Source: Candidatus Cloacimonadales bacterium
GTDB taxonomy: Bacteria; Cloacimonadota; Cloacimonadia; Cloacimonadales; JAFGVF01
Assembly (NCBI GenBank): GCA_963678315.1
Contig: OY782781.1
Location: forward strand, 1,664,001 to 1,728,000
Length of the DNA: 64,000 nucleotides
Reading direction: 5' to 3'
Position numbers and translations under genes: made by a program
Notes under the pieces: generated by a model
What the model was told of the DNA's origin: nothing
Database searches by the model: none
Seen by the model: the letters and a program-made list of their open reading frames with translations, nothing else
In this document: positions 51,501 to 60,886 of the stretch, piece after piece
Layout: each line of letters starts with the position of its first letter
Numbering within the stretch: position 1 is the first letter of the stretch

Positions 51501-52306
51501 GTGTGTTTGTTTATGTCTTAACTGATGAGATGATAGGGCTACAATTTAATCCTAACCACCAAGAAAACTTTAACATAACTGAAGAATCAGGTCAATATGC
51601 TAGTCTAGAATTTTCCACTATTACTGGAGCAAAAGATCAAATTACTATTGGAGTTTCTGGTAATCAGTTTGGGCAGTTTGATACATTCAATCAACTTGTT
51701 AAACCGCCCTCAAGACCAATAAGTGGTTTAAATGAAGTATGTCTGTTAGACTTGAATGATGAGAGTATTAAGCTGCAAAAGCAACTTCTTCCACAGGAAC
51801 TTGATGGAGAATATTCTTGGAATTATGCTTTTACTAATAGTCAAGATGCCAATGTTCAGGTTAAGATAGTAGACCATAATCTTAATTCAAATTCTAGTGT
51901 AGAATTAGCTCTTAATGGACAGATCTATAATATTACTGAAAACCCAATAACTATTGATTGTAATAATACTCCTGGTAACTACCAAGGATGCTTGTATCTC
52001 GATTCTCCTACTTCAAATTCTCATGATAGTGAAGCTGTAACTGGTGTTTTATCAGTTTACCCAAATCCATCATCCAAAAAGTTTAACATTGAGGTTGTAA
52101 GCTCTAAATCAAATTACCAAGTATCTATCTATAACATCAAAGGACAAAGAGTTAAAAAGTTCAATGTGAGGGATAATAAATCATCAAGAAATACTCTTAC
52201 TTGGGGAAAAGATAACTCATTAAATAACATCGCTTCAGGAATTTACTTTGTTAAATATTCTGATAAAGATACAAGTGATATAAGGAAGATCTGTTTGATT
52301 AAGTAG
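48509..52306 (+). CDS. Large secreted protein with Fn3-like domains and FlgD/T9SS-type CTD
   Basis: Signal peptide; PPAVTNL..KLSW..YYFAI..DVYGNVS Fn3; VYPNP..IYNIKGQRVK..ASGIYFV..KICLIK. Confidence 0.85.
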   Translation: MKKIALTFLLIVIVVEVFCISHEEGDLVEFFFGEENNCEYDNWVSHVSEKQNFNSQNTYAPFDVQTNGFGQFTMASSQQLTSWQSAVDLFFNEEYELAQETLIASNIPYKVVGFIYNDQEYMMLREDINLQYNDDNNTDDESDDELGAFDFGWGIFIYNPASGSPAMVSVPHPNDSFVGTYLSVQAFLDCNCKYLMINGTGRELNTNQCDPTRNSNHPYVYFYEKAANQIRLTQERHEIALQFESYDWDKHEAMASVQLSGKIESPLGLPVRDWSSSHNDVIQNTDYIVFEEDYFGNNSLVNLNEYYGLYEKYSIPTIYHDSLFTSGPIDIVGYTGSSLTEVNIQDYNYWSSYSPFIHIAVDEFPNCFEQTEENYFWFYGYNNMDNTWDWENRYSNCVEYYHPFMTALNEALNCFTQMEDGDNLPPAVTNLNSENTFNGVKLSWQGQTPYDFDSYLLYVSETPISNGNYTVYDSSEENGLYQLGFPGTKNVLIEDLNVGTDYYFAIAQRDVYGNVSEISNESNSTTLQASFNRFRTIVKQDTIVVEAFIEESTNCSLFRLYRKEEGQEYQELYSGNYINRYYDSDIENDLVYSYKVCAISNLNELIQVSPELTASCPTYHKLQLSGGNLLTDFTFGKSSCATDGYDLGYDQNYDTMNSFELYSEIDYLQVANGQVEREVIGEFDSNETYHKFDLHLYAPYIGTSDLVFSMSSDDLANTTDKFYISYNNELYNLREGDIQLSVETTNHAFELYWGNLPANVSFANDSGIISGRGISDSIEWTSQFPELVDSYSVYFKNEQDSILVADNLSSDISSIDWEYQGNETIRSINCYVMVHTLQGQDIVFKNNHSSLLLGNLDNIILDNEESSNWLVSYPFSQAQNINEISNLDQVYSFNNGEYLQQDNIINNEGYLAVINGSVEISILGECLVDENTIFLNQGWNLIANPHPIEYNVSDLLFYYGNTFRSPSYVITQEAISPYFMGIRNDSYSEIRTIKSYESVFVYVLTDEMIGLQFNPNHQENFNITEESGQYASLEFSTITGAKDQITIGVSGNQFGQFDTFNQLVKPPSRPISGLNEVCLLDLNDESIKLQKQLLPQELDGEYSWNYAFTNSQDANVQVKIVDHNLNSNSSVELALNGQIYNITENPITIDCNNTPGNYQGCLYLDSPTSNSHDSEAVTGVLSVYPNPSSKKFNIEVVSSKSNYQVSIYNIKGQRVKKFNVRDNKSSRNTLTWGKDNSLNNIASGIYFVKYSDKDTSDIRKICLIK

Positions 52307-52319
52307 TAATCGTTTCTAT

Positions 52320-53499
52320 GGGTTGCAGTCAGCTTGACTGCGAAAGTATTTAACTGGGATTGTAGTGTAGCCATAAGTCTGAGTCTCACACGGTCCCAGT
52401 TTGTCCATAAAACCCCAACGGGGTAAATTATCCAAAGCCCATGATTTCAATCATGGGTAGCAATAGCCCCCAATATTACTAGTCCTAGAGGGACTTCTTT
52501 ATCATATATATAACTACCCAACATCAGAAAAGTACTTTCAGCACTATCTCAACAATTATATGCTCTTACCTAGCTTTAAAAAGCTAGGCTTTGGACAATT
52601 AATCCTTTCAGGATAACATCTGAAACCCTTGCCTTTAGTCCGGCTGAGTTTCACACGGTCCCAGTTTGTCTATAATACCCCAACGGGGTAAATTATCCAA
52701 AGCCCATGATTTCAATCATGGGTAGCAATAGACCCCAATATTACTAGTCCTAGAGGGACTTCTTTATCATATATTTAGCTAGCCAACATCAGAAAAGTAC
52801 TTTCAGCACTATCTTACAATTATATGCTCCTACCTAGCTTTAAAAAGCTAGGCTTTGGACAATTAATCCTTTCAGGATAACATCTGAAACTCTTGCCTGT
52901 AGTCCGGCTGAGTTTCACACGGTCCTAGTTTGTCCATAATACCCCAACGGGGTAAATTATCCAAAGCCCATGATTTCAATCATGGGTAGCAACAGATCCC
53001 AATATTACTAGTCCTAGAGGGACTTCTTTATCATATATATAACTAGCCAACATCAGAAAAGTACTTTCAGCACTATCTAACAATTATCCCAGATGATGCA
53101 TTAGGTTTGACGAAAATAGTGGAGATTATTTCAGCAAAATAGCTTCCAGAATCGAAGCTTGAATAATATATATTCTAGTTGAGATTATGGAAGTTATTCT
53201 TGCCAAATAATATAGTGCTATTTTTCAAGTCCTAGTGCATTATTTGGGATTATATGCTCTTACCTAGCTTTAAAAAGCTAGGCTTTGGACAATTAATCCT
53301 TTTAGGATAACATCTGAAACTCTTGCCTTTGGTCCAGCTGCATGCAAGCATGATTGAAGATGCGCATTCAGAAAGGACTGTGATCTGCGAAGACGATTGA
53401 ATGCACTCCTACAAAAAAGGATTGCAAGCATCCCTGGCTACGAAAAGATTTGAGTAAGCATGAACAAATTTCAGCCTATCGGCGGATGCTTACACTCCA
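52320..53499. repeat. Tandem array of 3 x ~265-bp palindrome units (third interrupted by MITE) plus REP tail
   Basis: Units start 52387, 52652, 52916. Confidence 0.92.
53087..53249. mobile_element. 163-bp MITE nested in repeat unit
   Basis: TCCCAGATGATGCATTAGG..CCTAGTGCATTATTTGGGA; empty site CAATTATATGC in sibling units shows TTA duplication. Confidence 0.92.
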
Positions 53500-53657
53500 A
53501 TAGTGGCAGCAAACAACCAAAACAATAGCAAATAGTTAACAACTATCAACCTTTTCATAAAAAAAGTATTGACAACCTCCAGAAATAAAAATATAAACAA
53601 ATAAGGTTATATATTCGAGAGATAGGAAAATAAAATAAAAAAATACAGGAGGAAAAA

Positions 53658-56600
53658 ATGAAAAAATCTCTTTTAGTTTCATTTTTTTGTTTACTAACAC
53701 TTATGCTTTTTAGTGAAGCAGTTGAACTAGATATACATGAATTAGATTTTGGTCAAGTAACAGTTAATACATCTCTTACTCAAACAGTTATAATTACTTC
53801 TCAGATTAGTCAAAATATTACCTTAGATTATACTTTAGAAGATTTTGCATTCAATATAACACCAGCATTTTTTGAAATAGAGGCAGGACAAAGTCAAGCC
53901 ATCGAAATCACTTTTACTCCAGATGCTGAGAATAATTTTAGTAAATTTGTTATGGTCTCTGGTTCAGTTTATGGAAATGACCAATTAAATATAAGTGGCA
54001 CTGGTATTGTTGCTAATATTGATGTAGATTTAGAAAGTTACGATTTCGGTCCTGTAGCTATTAATACTGTAGATAGTACCCAAGTAACTGTCACTAACAG
54101 TGGATCAGGAAACCTTCTTGCTAGTATTAGCTCAGACAACCAAGCCTTTGATCTTTCAAAGACTAACTTAGACATTAGTCCAAACAATTCAGATTCCTTT
54201 TGGATAAGATTTTCTCCCCAATGGTTAGCTGAAGAGAATGCTACAATAACCATAGTTTCAAATGCCTTTAACAATCCAAACTATGAGATAGATCTAACAG
54301 GCTCAGGAAGGAGTGATATGTCGGGACAAGTTTCTGGAATCTGGTCACTTGCTAACAGCCCATATTATATCATAGAAAATACTATAGTGCCGGATGGACA
54401 AAGTCTAACTATTGAGCCAGGGGTAGAAGTTGTATTTGCTGGTCATTATGGATTTGTTATTGAAGGATCACTGATAGCTCAAGGCACTGTCACAGATTCT
54501 ATCTATTTTCATGGACAAGACAATGTTAAACAAGGTTTTATTGTTATAGATGATGCAGATAATGAGATTGAATTAAATTACTGTCAGTTTAGATATTTAT
54601 CAAATAATAGGTATTATTTCTCTGATGATTTTGAAGATTACAATTTCGCTGATAACTGGACAGGATCGGGATATTCATATGGCAGGACTAATAATGACCA
54701 TTATCAAGGACATTATGGAGCTCGTGTTTGGGCCTATGGTCAAGATACCTATATTATGTCCAGACCTATTACAGTCTTAAAATCGTGTGTTATATCCTAC
54801 TGGTTTAAGATTACCAGTTCTCATAATAGCTGTAACTCAAGGGTTGAGTTTCGGGTTAATGGTGGAGCATGGCAGAGATTGTATTATACTAATAATGGAA
54901 CAACTTACGGTTGGACCTACAAAGAGCATGATATTTCATCCTATGTTAACAATGGTGATGAAATACAATTAAGGTTCTATAGTAATGAATATTCCACAGA
55001 TTATTCTCATTATGATCAATCTATGTATATTGATGAAGTAAAAGTCTTTAGTACTTCAACAATTTTTGTTGAAGATTCAATTGTTGGCTTTTCAAATTCA
55101 ATTTTAGAACATTGTACTGGAAATGCAATTTTCTTTGAAGGAGAATCTAACTGCGATATCTCTAACACTTCGATTGTAAATAATGATGGAGATGTTTTAG
55201 TTTCTGCAGGCCCGGTAAATATCTTCAGTTCAAAAATATCTCATAACAATGGTAATGGAATATATGTTTCAAGCGATTTAACTATTACTAATACAATAGT
55301 ATCTAACAATAACGGCTATGGAATAAATTCTTCGAATGCATTAGATATTAACCATGCCGTAATAGCAAATAATTATGATAGGGGTATTTATTTAGATGGA
55401 AGCGATTTTTCTCTAATAACTAACTCAATAATTTACAATAATGATAATGATGAGCATAGACAAATTGATTTAGGGTCTGGTGCTACTTTGAATACTAGTT
55501 ATTCTTGTGTAGAATCTTATACGGAATATGGAATTTCAAATATTGGAAACTTTTATTGGGGTGAAGGTTGTATCGAGTCTTACCCTCAATTCATAGATTG
55601 CGATTATCATCTGTCTCCAAATTCACCATGTGTAGATGGTGGTTTTCCTTGGGAGCATGATGGCAATATGCCTTACGGTTTAGGCACAGTTGTCTCTGAT
55701 ATGGGGGCTTATGGTGGATCTAACAACACTTATTGGGGTGGAAATCCAATACCTGATGGGGCTCCTGTAATTGATAATATAGTAGATTTACCTAATGACC
55801 AGGGGGGATTAGTTGGAATACAGTTTAATGGTTCTATCTTTGATTATGAACATTCTGGCTATGATATAAGTCATTACTCATTTTGGAGGGAGATGAATAT
55901 TGATCCTAGAACTGATGAAGTTAGTAATTCTGATGCTAGGAGTAACAAATATGCACCACGAGTTCTAACAAGGGATGGTGAGTATTGGGAATATGTAGGT
56001 CAGGTGCAAGCGCAAGGTTTTGAAAACTATGGGTACTCTGCTGAGACACTAGCTGATTCAACAATTTATGGTGATTTTGCCTCTAGCTTTATTGTAATAG
56101 CTCATACTGAGGATGATGATATATACTTTACATCATCTCCTTTATCTGGATCTTCTATAGATAACTTAGCACCAGACCAACCAAGTAGAATCTTGGCTGA
56201 TGGTGCTTATGGTCAAATGACTTTTGAATGGACTCCTAGTCAATCTGAAGATTTGCATTACTATAAGCTTTACAGAGGAAATGAAGAAAACAACTGGGAT
56301 AGAAGTTATCAGGTTAATGATACAACATTTGTTGATCTTGAGGCTCAAGTAGATAATCAATACTACTATTGTTTGAAAGCTGTAGATATTCATGGTAATG
56401 AGAGTGATGGTCAGTCTCTTGCTATGGAGTTAAATTACTCAGCTTATGATTTGCATGAGGGAGCAAACTTACTTTCATTTAGGTTTATTGATGAAGATAG
56501 TAGTTTAGATAATATGTTAGCAGATTTAGGTTCTTCTATTGTTAAAGTAATTGGAGAGGGACAAGTTGCTATTAAGAATGATGATGGTCAATGGATTGGT

Positions 56601-57593
56601 TCATTAACAGAGCTTACTTATGATAAAGGTTACTGGTTAATTATGAATAATGAAGAAAGACTGGAACTCATGGGATCAAGAAATACTAGTAGTGCTAGCT
56701 ACAGTTTGCATGAGAATGCTAATCTAATATCTTATCCATACGCTTGGGGCAATGACCTTGCTTCAGCTCTTCCAGATGATGTTGAAGCTTGTATCTCAGC
56801 TATTATCGGAGAGGGACAGGCTTGTATGAGATTGGAAGATGGTAGATGGTTAGGCTCTTTAACCCATTTCGAGAAAGAAAAAGCTTATTGGGTAATTGCT
56901 AACCAAGATATTGAACTTGAGTTTAATATGCCTAGTGAAGATAGAAGAAGTAATCGTAATGATGCGGAATTACCACAAATGTTTACTTATAAGCAATCTG
57001 CTAATCAAGCTTTTTACTTAACTGGAATAGTAGAAATGAATGGTGTTGAGTTGACATTAGAAGATTATTTGCTTGTTTATAAAGATGATGTTGTTATTGG
57101 AGCTAGCAAATATATTGGTGAGCAAACTACCTTAGCTGCCATGGGTAACGATGGAAATGAGCTTACTTACAACTATGCTAATCAAGGTGATTTAGTCTCT
57201 ATTAAGATTTGGAAAGCTGAAACTAATCAACTCTATGATACTAATGTAAATATTGACTGGGCAAACAACACAATATCCAGAGTTGAAATTGCTTCTGTTA
57301 CAGAAAATGATGAAAACTTAATCCTTCCTGTTGTTGATTTTGTCGGACAAAACTATCCTAATCCATTTAATCCAGAGACTACTATTAACTTTGGAATTAA
57401 AAAGAATTCTCATGTAAAAGTTACAGTTTATAACATTAAGGGACAGAAGATAAAGACTATCTTAGACCAGAATATGAAAGCTGGTTATCATAATGTAGTT
57501 TTTGAAGCTGGAAAATATGCTTCAGGGCTATATTTATATAGAATAGAGACTCCTGACTTTAGTGAAACTAAATCAATGATTTTAATAAAATAG
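53658..57593 (+). CDS. Large secreted protein: choice-of-anchor D/ASH Ig domains, beta-helix, Fn3, FlgD/T9SS-type CTD
   Basis: LDFGQV/YDFGPV Ig repeats, SPYYI..LTIEPGV, I.NNNG.GI repeats, SPCVDGG..DMGAYGG, QNYPNPFNPETTI..KSMILIK. Confidence 0.85.
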   Translation: MKKSLLVSFFCLLTLMLFSEAVELDIHELDFGQVTVNTSLTQTVIITSQISQNITLDYTLEDFAFNITPAFFEIEAGQSQAIEITFTPDAENNFSKFVMVSGSVYGNDQLNISGTGIVANIDVDLESYDFGPVAINTVDSTQVTVTNSGSGNLLASISSDNQAFDLSKTNLDISPNNSDSFWIRFSPQWLAEENATITIVSNAFNNPNYEIDLTGSGRSDMSGQVSGIWSLANSPYYIIENTIVPDGQSLTIEPGVEVVFAGHYGFVIEGSLIAQGTVTDSIYFHGQDNVKQGFIVIDDADNEIELNYCQFRYLSNNRYYFSDDFEDYNFADNWTGSGYSYGRTNNDHYQGHYGARVWAYGQDTYIMSRPITVLKSCVISYWFKITSSHNSCNSRVEFRVNGGAWQRLYYTNNGTTYGWTYKEHDISSYVNNGDEIQLRFYSNEYSTDYSHYDQSMYIDEVKVFSTSTIFVEDSIVGFSNSILEHCTGNAIFFEGESNCDISNTSIVNNDGDVLVSAGPVNIFSSKISHNNGNGIYVSSDLTITNTIVSNNNGYGINSSNALDINHAVIANNYDRGIYLDGSDFSLITNSIIYNNDNDEHRQIDLGSGATLNTSYSCVESYTEYGISNIGNFYWGEGCIESYPQFIDCDYHLSPNSPCVDGGFPWEHDGNMPYGLGTVVSDMGAYGGSNNTYWGGNPIPDGAPVIDNIVDLPNDQGGLVGIQFNGSIFDYEHSGYDISHYSFWREMNIDPRTDEVSNSDARSNKYAPRVLTRDGEYWEYVGQVQAQGFENYGYSAETLADSTIYGDFASSFIVIAHTEDDDIYFTSSPLSGSSIDNLAPDQPSRILADGAYGQMTFEWTPSQSEDLHYYKLYRGNEENNWDRSYQVNDTTFVDLEAQVDNQYYYCLKAVDIHGNESDGQSLAMELNYSAYDLHEGANLLSFRFIDEDSSLDNMLADLGSSIVKVIGEGQVAIKNDDGQWIGSLTELTYDKGYWLIMNNEERLELMGSRNTSSASYSLHENANLISYPYAWGNDLASALPDDVEACISAIIGEGQACMRLEDGRWLGSLTHFEKEKAYWVIANQDIELEFNMPSEDRRSNRNDAELPQMFTYKQSANQAFYLTGIVEMNGVELTLEDYLLVYKDDVVIGASKYIGEQTTLAAMGNDGNELTYNYANQGDLVSIKIWKAETNQLYDTNVNIDWANNTISRVEIASVTENDENLILPVVDFVGQNYPNPFNPETTINFGIKKNSHVKVTVYNIKGQKIKTILDQNMKAGYHNVVFEAGKYASGLYLYRIETPDFSETKSMILIK

Positions 57594-57646
57594 AACAAAG
57601 CAAGGTCATGCGATTGTGTAATCGTATGACCTTAAAGGATATAAAA

Positions 57647-59464
57647 ATGAAATATAGACTTTTATTACTATTATCGATAGCTTGTGTTCTATTAGTTGCT
57701 GAAACTCCGGCTAACTTTGTTTATAATCAATCTTCTCAACAGTGTTTCTATTTTATAGAGACTGCAAAGCTTGATGATCTTGTTCTTTCTGAGAACGATT
57801 GGATTGGAGCATTTAAAGATGGAACATGTGTTGGAAGTGCTCAATGGGTCGGAGAAAATACAACTATTCCACTAATGGGAGATGATGGCTTTGAATATTC
57901 TAGTGGTTATTGTCAAACTGGTGATATTCCTCAGTTTAAGGTATGGGACAGTGAGACAGATTGTTATTGGGATTGTAGTCAAACATCTGAACTAAATAGC
58001 TGGACTAATAATGGAACCTATCTTGTTTCTTACCTATATGCTTATAGTAGCAGTCCAATGATAGAAGTCTCTCAAGAGAATATCAATCTGGGAGAAATAG
58101 TTGTTGGACAATCAGCTTTAAAAGAAATCGTGATAACTAATTCTGGGGATGAATTGCTGATTGGTCAGCTTCAGGTAAGTGGAGATTTTTATATAAGCAG
58201 CGATAATGCTTCTTTCCAGATAGAATCTTCAGATTCGATAATAGTTAGCATTGCTATCTTGCCAGAAGAAGAAATTTTGTATCAGGGAAGCCTGCAAATA
58301 GCGAGTGATTCAGCAATAAATTCCTTGATTGAAATAGCTGTTTCAGCAAGTGGAATTATGGCTCATATATCTAGTGATATCAGACTTATGCAGTTTAACA
58401 ATGTTTGGAAAGATCATCAAGTTGCTAAGTCTTTAACTCTTCTCAATGATGGCTCTTCTGAATTAACTATTGATGGTTATTCTTTTTCAGATGATTGCTA
58501 TTCTATAGAAGACGGTCCTACAACAATCTTTCCAGGACAAAGTCAAGAATTAACAATCATATTCCAGCCTGATGATTTCAACCAACACAATGGAAGCTTG
58601 GATATATCAACAAATATAGGAAACTATTCTATTGATTTAGCCGGTAATGGTTATCTGTTAGATGCAGATTTTGTTACAGCTATAGATTCTATTGAAATTG
58701 GTAATCCCATGCAATTTATAAATAACAGCCAAGGTGATATTCTCAGTTACTCTTGGGATTTCGCGCAACTAGCTAGCTCAGATCAAGAAAATCCAGAATA
58801 TCTTTTTCCACAGATAGGAAGCTATCAGGTAGTCTTACAAGTCAGCGATGAATATTTCACAGATGAAATAAGTAAAGATATTCTAGTCTATGGAGTAGCA
58901 GAAGGGGAAACATCCACTCAAGAACTAGAATTTTCAAGCAATTATATAGGAGTAGTTTCTGATACGCTTAGATTAGCAATATATGCAAGAAGAACAGGTG
59001 ACTTGATAATTGATGAACTTTCTTTTAGAAATGATATTGGAGCATACTCAATTCCGAATATAAATCTACCAGTGTCTTTAGCTCCAAACGATAGTTTATG
59101 TCTTGATATCATATTTACACCAGTAGCTTCTGGTAATAATATAGACTTTCTAGATATGACAACTAATGCAGGTCAATTTTCTTGTTTCTTAGAAGGTCTC
59201 GGTTTGATTGCACCAGCTAAAGCAGTGACAGGAATAAATATATTACCTGTTGAGGGAAATGTTTATCTTGAATGGGAGCCAGTAGTTGAGACTATACTTG
59301 ATACACCAGTAACTATTAGTTATTATAAAATTGAAGCAAGTACAACGCCTAATGGACCTTATGTTTGGATTGGTATATCTCCAACAAACAGCTTTACTCA
59401 GTTTGGAGTAGCCAACTTTTCTAAAAGATATTTTTATAGAATAATTGCTGTATCAGAGGACTAG
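57647..59464 (+). CDS. Secreted Ig-repeat protein (choice-of-anchor D, PKD)
   Basis: Signal peptide MKYRLLL; INLGEIVVG..ITNSG; ADF..QFINNS..YSWDF..NP.Y PKD. Confidence 0.8.
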   Translation: MKYRLLLLLSIACVLLVAETPANFVYNQSSQQCFYFIETAKLDDLVLSENDWIGAFKDGTCVGSAQWVGENTTIPLMGDDGFEYSSGYCQTGDIPQFKVWDSETDCYWDCSQTSELNSWTNNGTYLVSYLYAYSSSPMIEVSQENINLGEIVVGQSALKEIVITNSGDELLIGQLQVSGDFYISSDNASFQIESSDSIIVSIAILPEEEILYQGSLQIASDSAINSLIEIAVSASGIMAHISSDIRLMQFNNVWKDHQVAKSLTLLNDGSSELTIDGYSFSDDCYSIEDGPTTIFPGQSQELTIIFQPDDFNQHNGSLDISTNIGNYSIDLAGNGYLLDADFVTAIDSIEIGNPMQFINNSQGDILSYSWDFAQLASSDQENPEYLFPQIGSYQVVLQVSDEYFTDEISKDILVYGVAEGETSTQELEFSSNYIGVVSDTLRLAIYARRTGDLIIDELSFRNDIGAYSIPNINLPVSLAPNDSLCLDIIFTPVASGNNIDFLDMTTNAGQFSCFLEGLGLIAPAKAVTGINILPVEGNVYLEWEPVVETILDTPVTISYYKIEASTTPNGPYVWIGISPTNSFTQFGVANFSKRYFYRIIAVSED

Positions 59465-59468
59465 TGGA

Positions 59469-60863
59469 CAATGTCATTAAGTTAAGATTTGACTAAAATA
59501 ATTAACTATAAAAACTATGTAATAAATGAATAATTAGGGTCATAATGAAAAAAAAATATTGAAATTAATAAGTTATGTGTTAGGTTTAGATTCAACTGTA
59601 AATAAATATAAAATAGGAGAAAAGTCTTTCTTGAGAAAACGTAAATTTAGCTTTAAATCATTAGCAATACTCGTTCTTATGAAAAGTGTAAAATCACTTC
59701 AGATTAGACTTAATGAGTTCTTTGATAGATTTGTAGAAGGCTGCGAAACAGTAAGTTCAAGTGCTTTTACTCAAGCACGTCGAAAATTTTCTTACAAACT
59801 ATTTGTAGACTTAAATAAAGATATAATTGTAAAAGAGTTTTATAATGATAAAAGTTATAAAAGGTATAAGGGTTTCCGATTAATAGCCATAGATGGTACA
59901 CGCGTCTCAGTTCCAGATAACCAAGAAACTAGAGAATATTTTAATACAATTCCTACCCAGACTCCAAGTGGAAAAGTTGGTGAGCACGTAAGAGCAATAG
60001 CCTCAGTAGCATATGACGTTATGAATAATATAGTAATCGATTCCACAATTACACACTCAAGAGAATCAGAAAGAGCTCTTGCCATAAATCATTTAAAACA
60101 TCTCGGTAAAGAAGATCTTGTAATTTTAGATAGAGGTTATCCATCTTATGAACTTGTAAGTGATTGCTATGATAAAGGAATAAATTTTTTAATCAGGTGT
60201 GGTACCTCTTGGATAAAAGAAATATCTTTGATGAAGAACAGTAATAAAGAGAGTGAAATTATTACTCTAAAGAGATCTAGACTTAGAGTACAAAAGAATA
60301 AGACTAACCTTACAGATGAGATACAGTTAAGATTAGTAAAAGTTATTTTAGATTCTGGTGAAGTTGAGATACTAGCGACATCTTTGTTAGATGAAGAACT
60401 TTATCCTACAGAAGAGTTTAAACGTTTATATTGGCAAAGATGGGGAGTCGAAACATTTTATGGCGTTATTAAGGGACGTTTATCTTTAGAAAACTTTACA
60501 GGTAAATCAGTTGAATCAATAAAGCAAGATTTTTATTCAACTATTTTTCTATCTAATCTAGAAACAATACTTACCGAAGATGCTGAGAATGAATTAAAAA
60601 AGAGAAGCCAAAACAATAAATATAAACAGAAAGTAAATAAAGCTATCTCATTTAATGCTATAAAAGACAATCTTTTTTATTTATTATGCACAGAAAGTGA
60701 TATAGATAAACTGATTATTAAATTAAATAAAATATTTATACAAACACCTGTTCCAATAAGACCTAATAGAAAATTTGAACGGTCGAAAGGTAAAGCATAT
60801 CAATGGCTTTGCTTTTGGAAGAGGAATAAGAAAAATGTATATTAGCTTAACTTAATGACATTG
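59469..60863 (+). mobile_element. IS4-family insertion sequence, 1395 bp
   Basis: Perfect 18-bp TIRs CAATGTCATTAAGTTAAG; 11-bp duplication GGACTAGTGGA at 59458-59468 and 60864-60874. Confidence 0.95.
59559..60845 (+). CDS. IS4-family DDE transposase
   Basis: SAFTQAR, IAIDGT, LDRGYPS, LYWQRWGVETFYGVIK; start uncertain (see finding). Confidence 0.92.
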   Translation: MKLISYVLGLDSTVNKYKIGEKSFLRKRKFSFKSLAILVLMKSVKSLQIRLNEFFDRFVEGCETVSSSAFTQARRKFSYKLFVDLNKDIIVKEFYNDKSYKRYKGFRLIAIDGTRVSVPDNQETREYFNTIPTQTPSGKVGEHVRAIASVAYDVMNNIVIDSTITHSRESERALAINHLKHLGKEDLVILDRGYPSYELVSDCYDKGINFLIRCGTSWIKEISLMKNSNKESEIITLKRSRLRVQKNKTNLTDEIQLRLVKVILDSGEVEILATSLLDEELYPTEEFKRLYWQRWGVETFYGVIKGRLSLENFTGKSVESIKQDFYSTIFLSNLETILTEDAENELKKRSQNNKYKQKVNKAISFNAIKDNLFYLLCTESDIDKLIIKLNKIFIQTPVPIRPNRKFERSKGKAYQWLCFWKRNKKNVY

Positions 60864-60886
60864 GGACTAGTGGATATGGTTGCAAA

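Noticed and set aside
56440..56930. Two internal repeats (LHEGANL..GEGQ..W.GSLT) as a DGR-like template/variable pair
   Set aside because: Ordinary diverged protein domain duplication; no reverse transcriptase and differences are not adenine-specific
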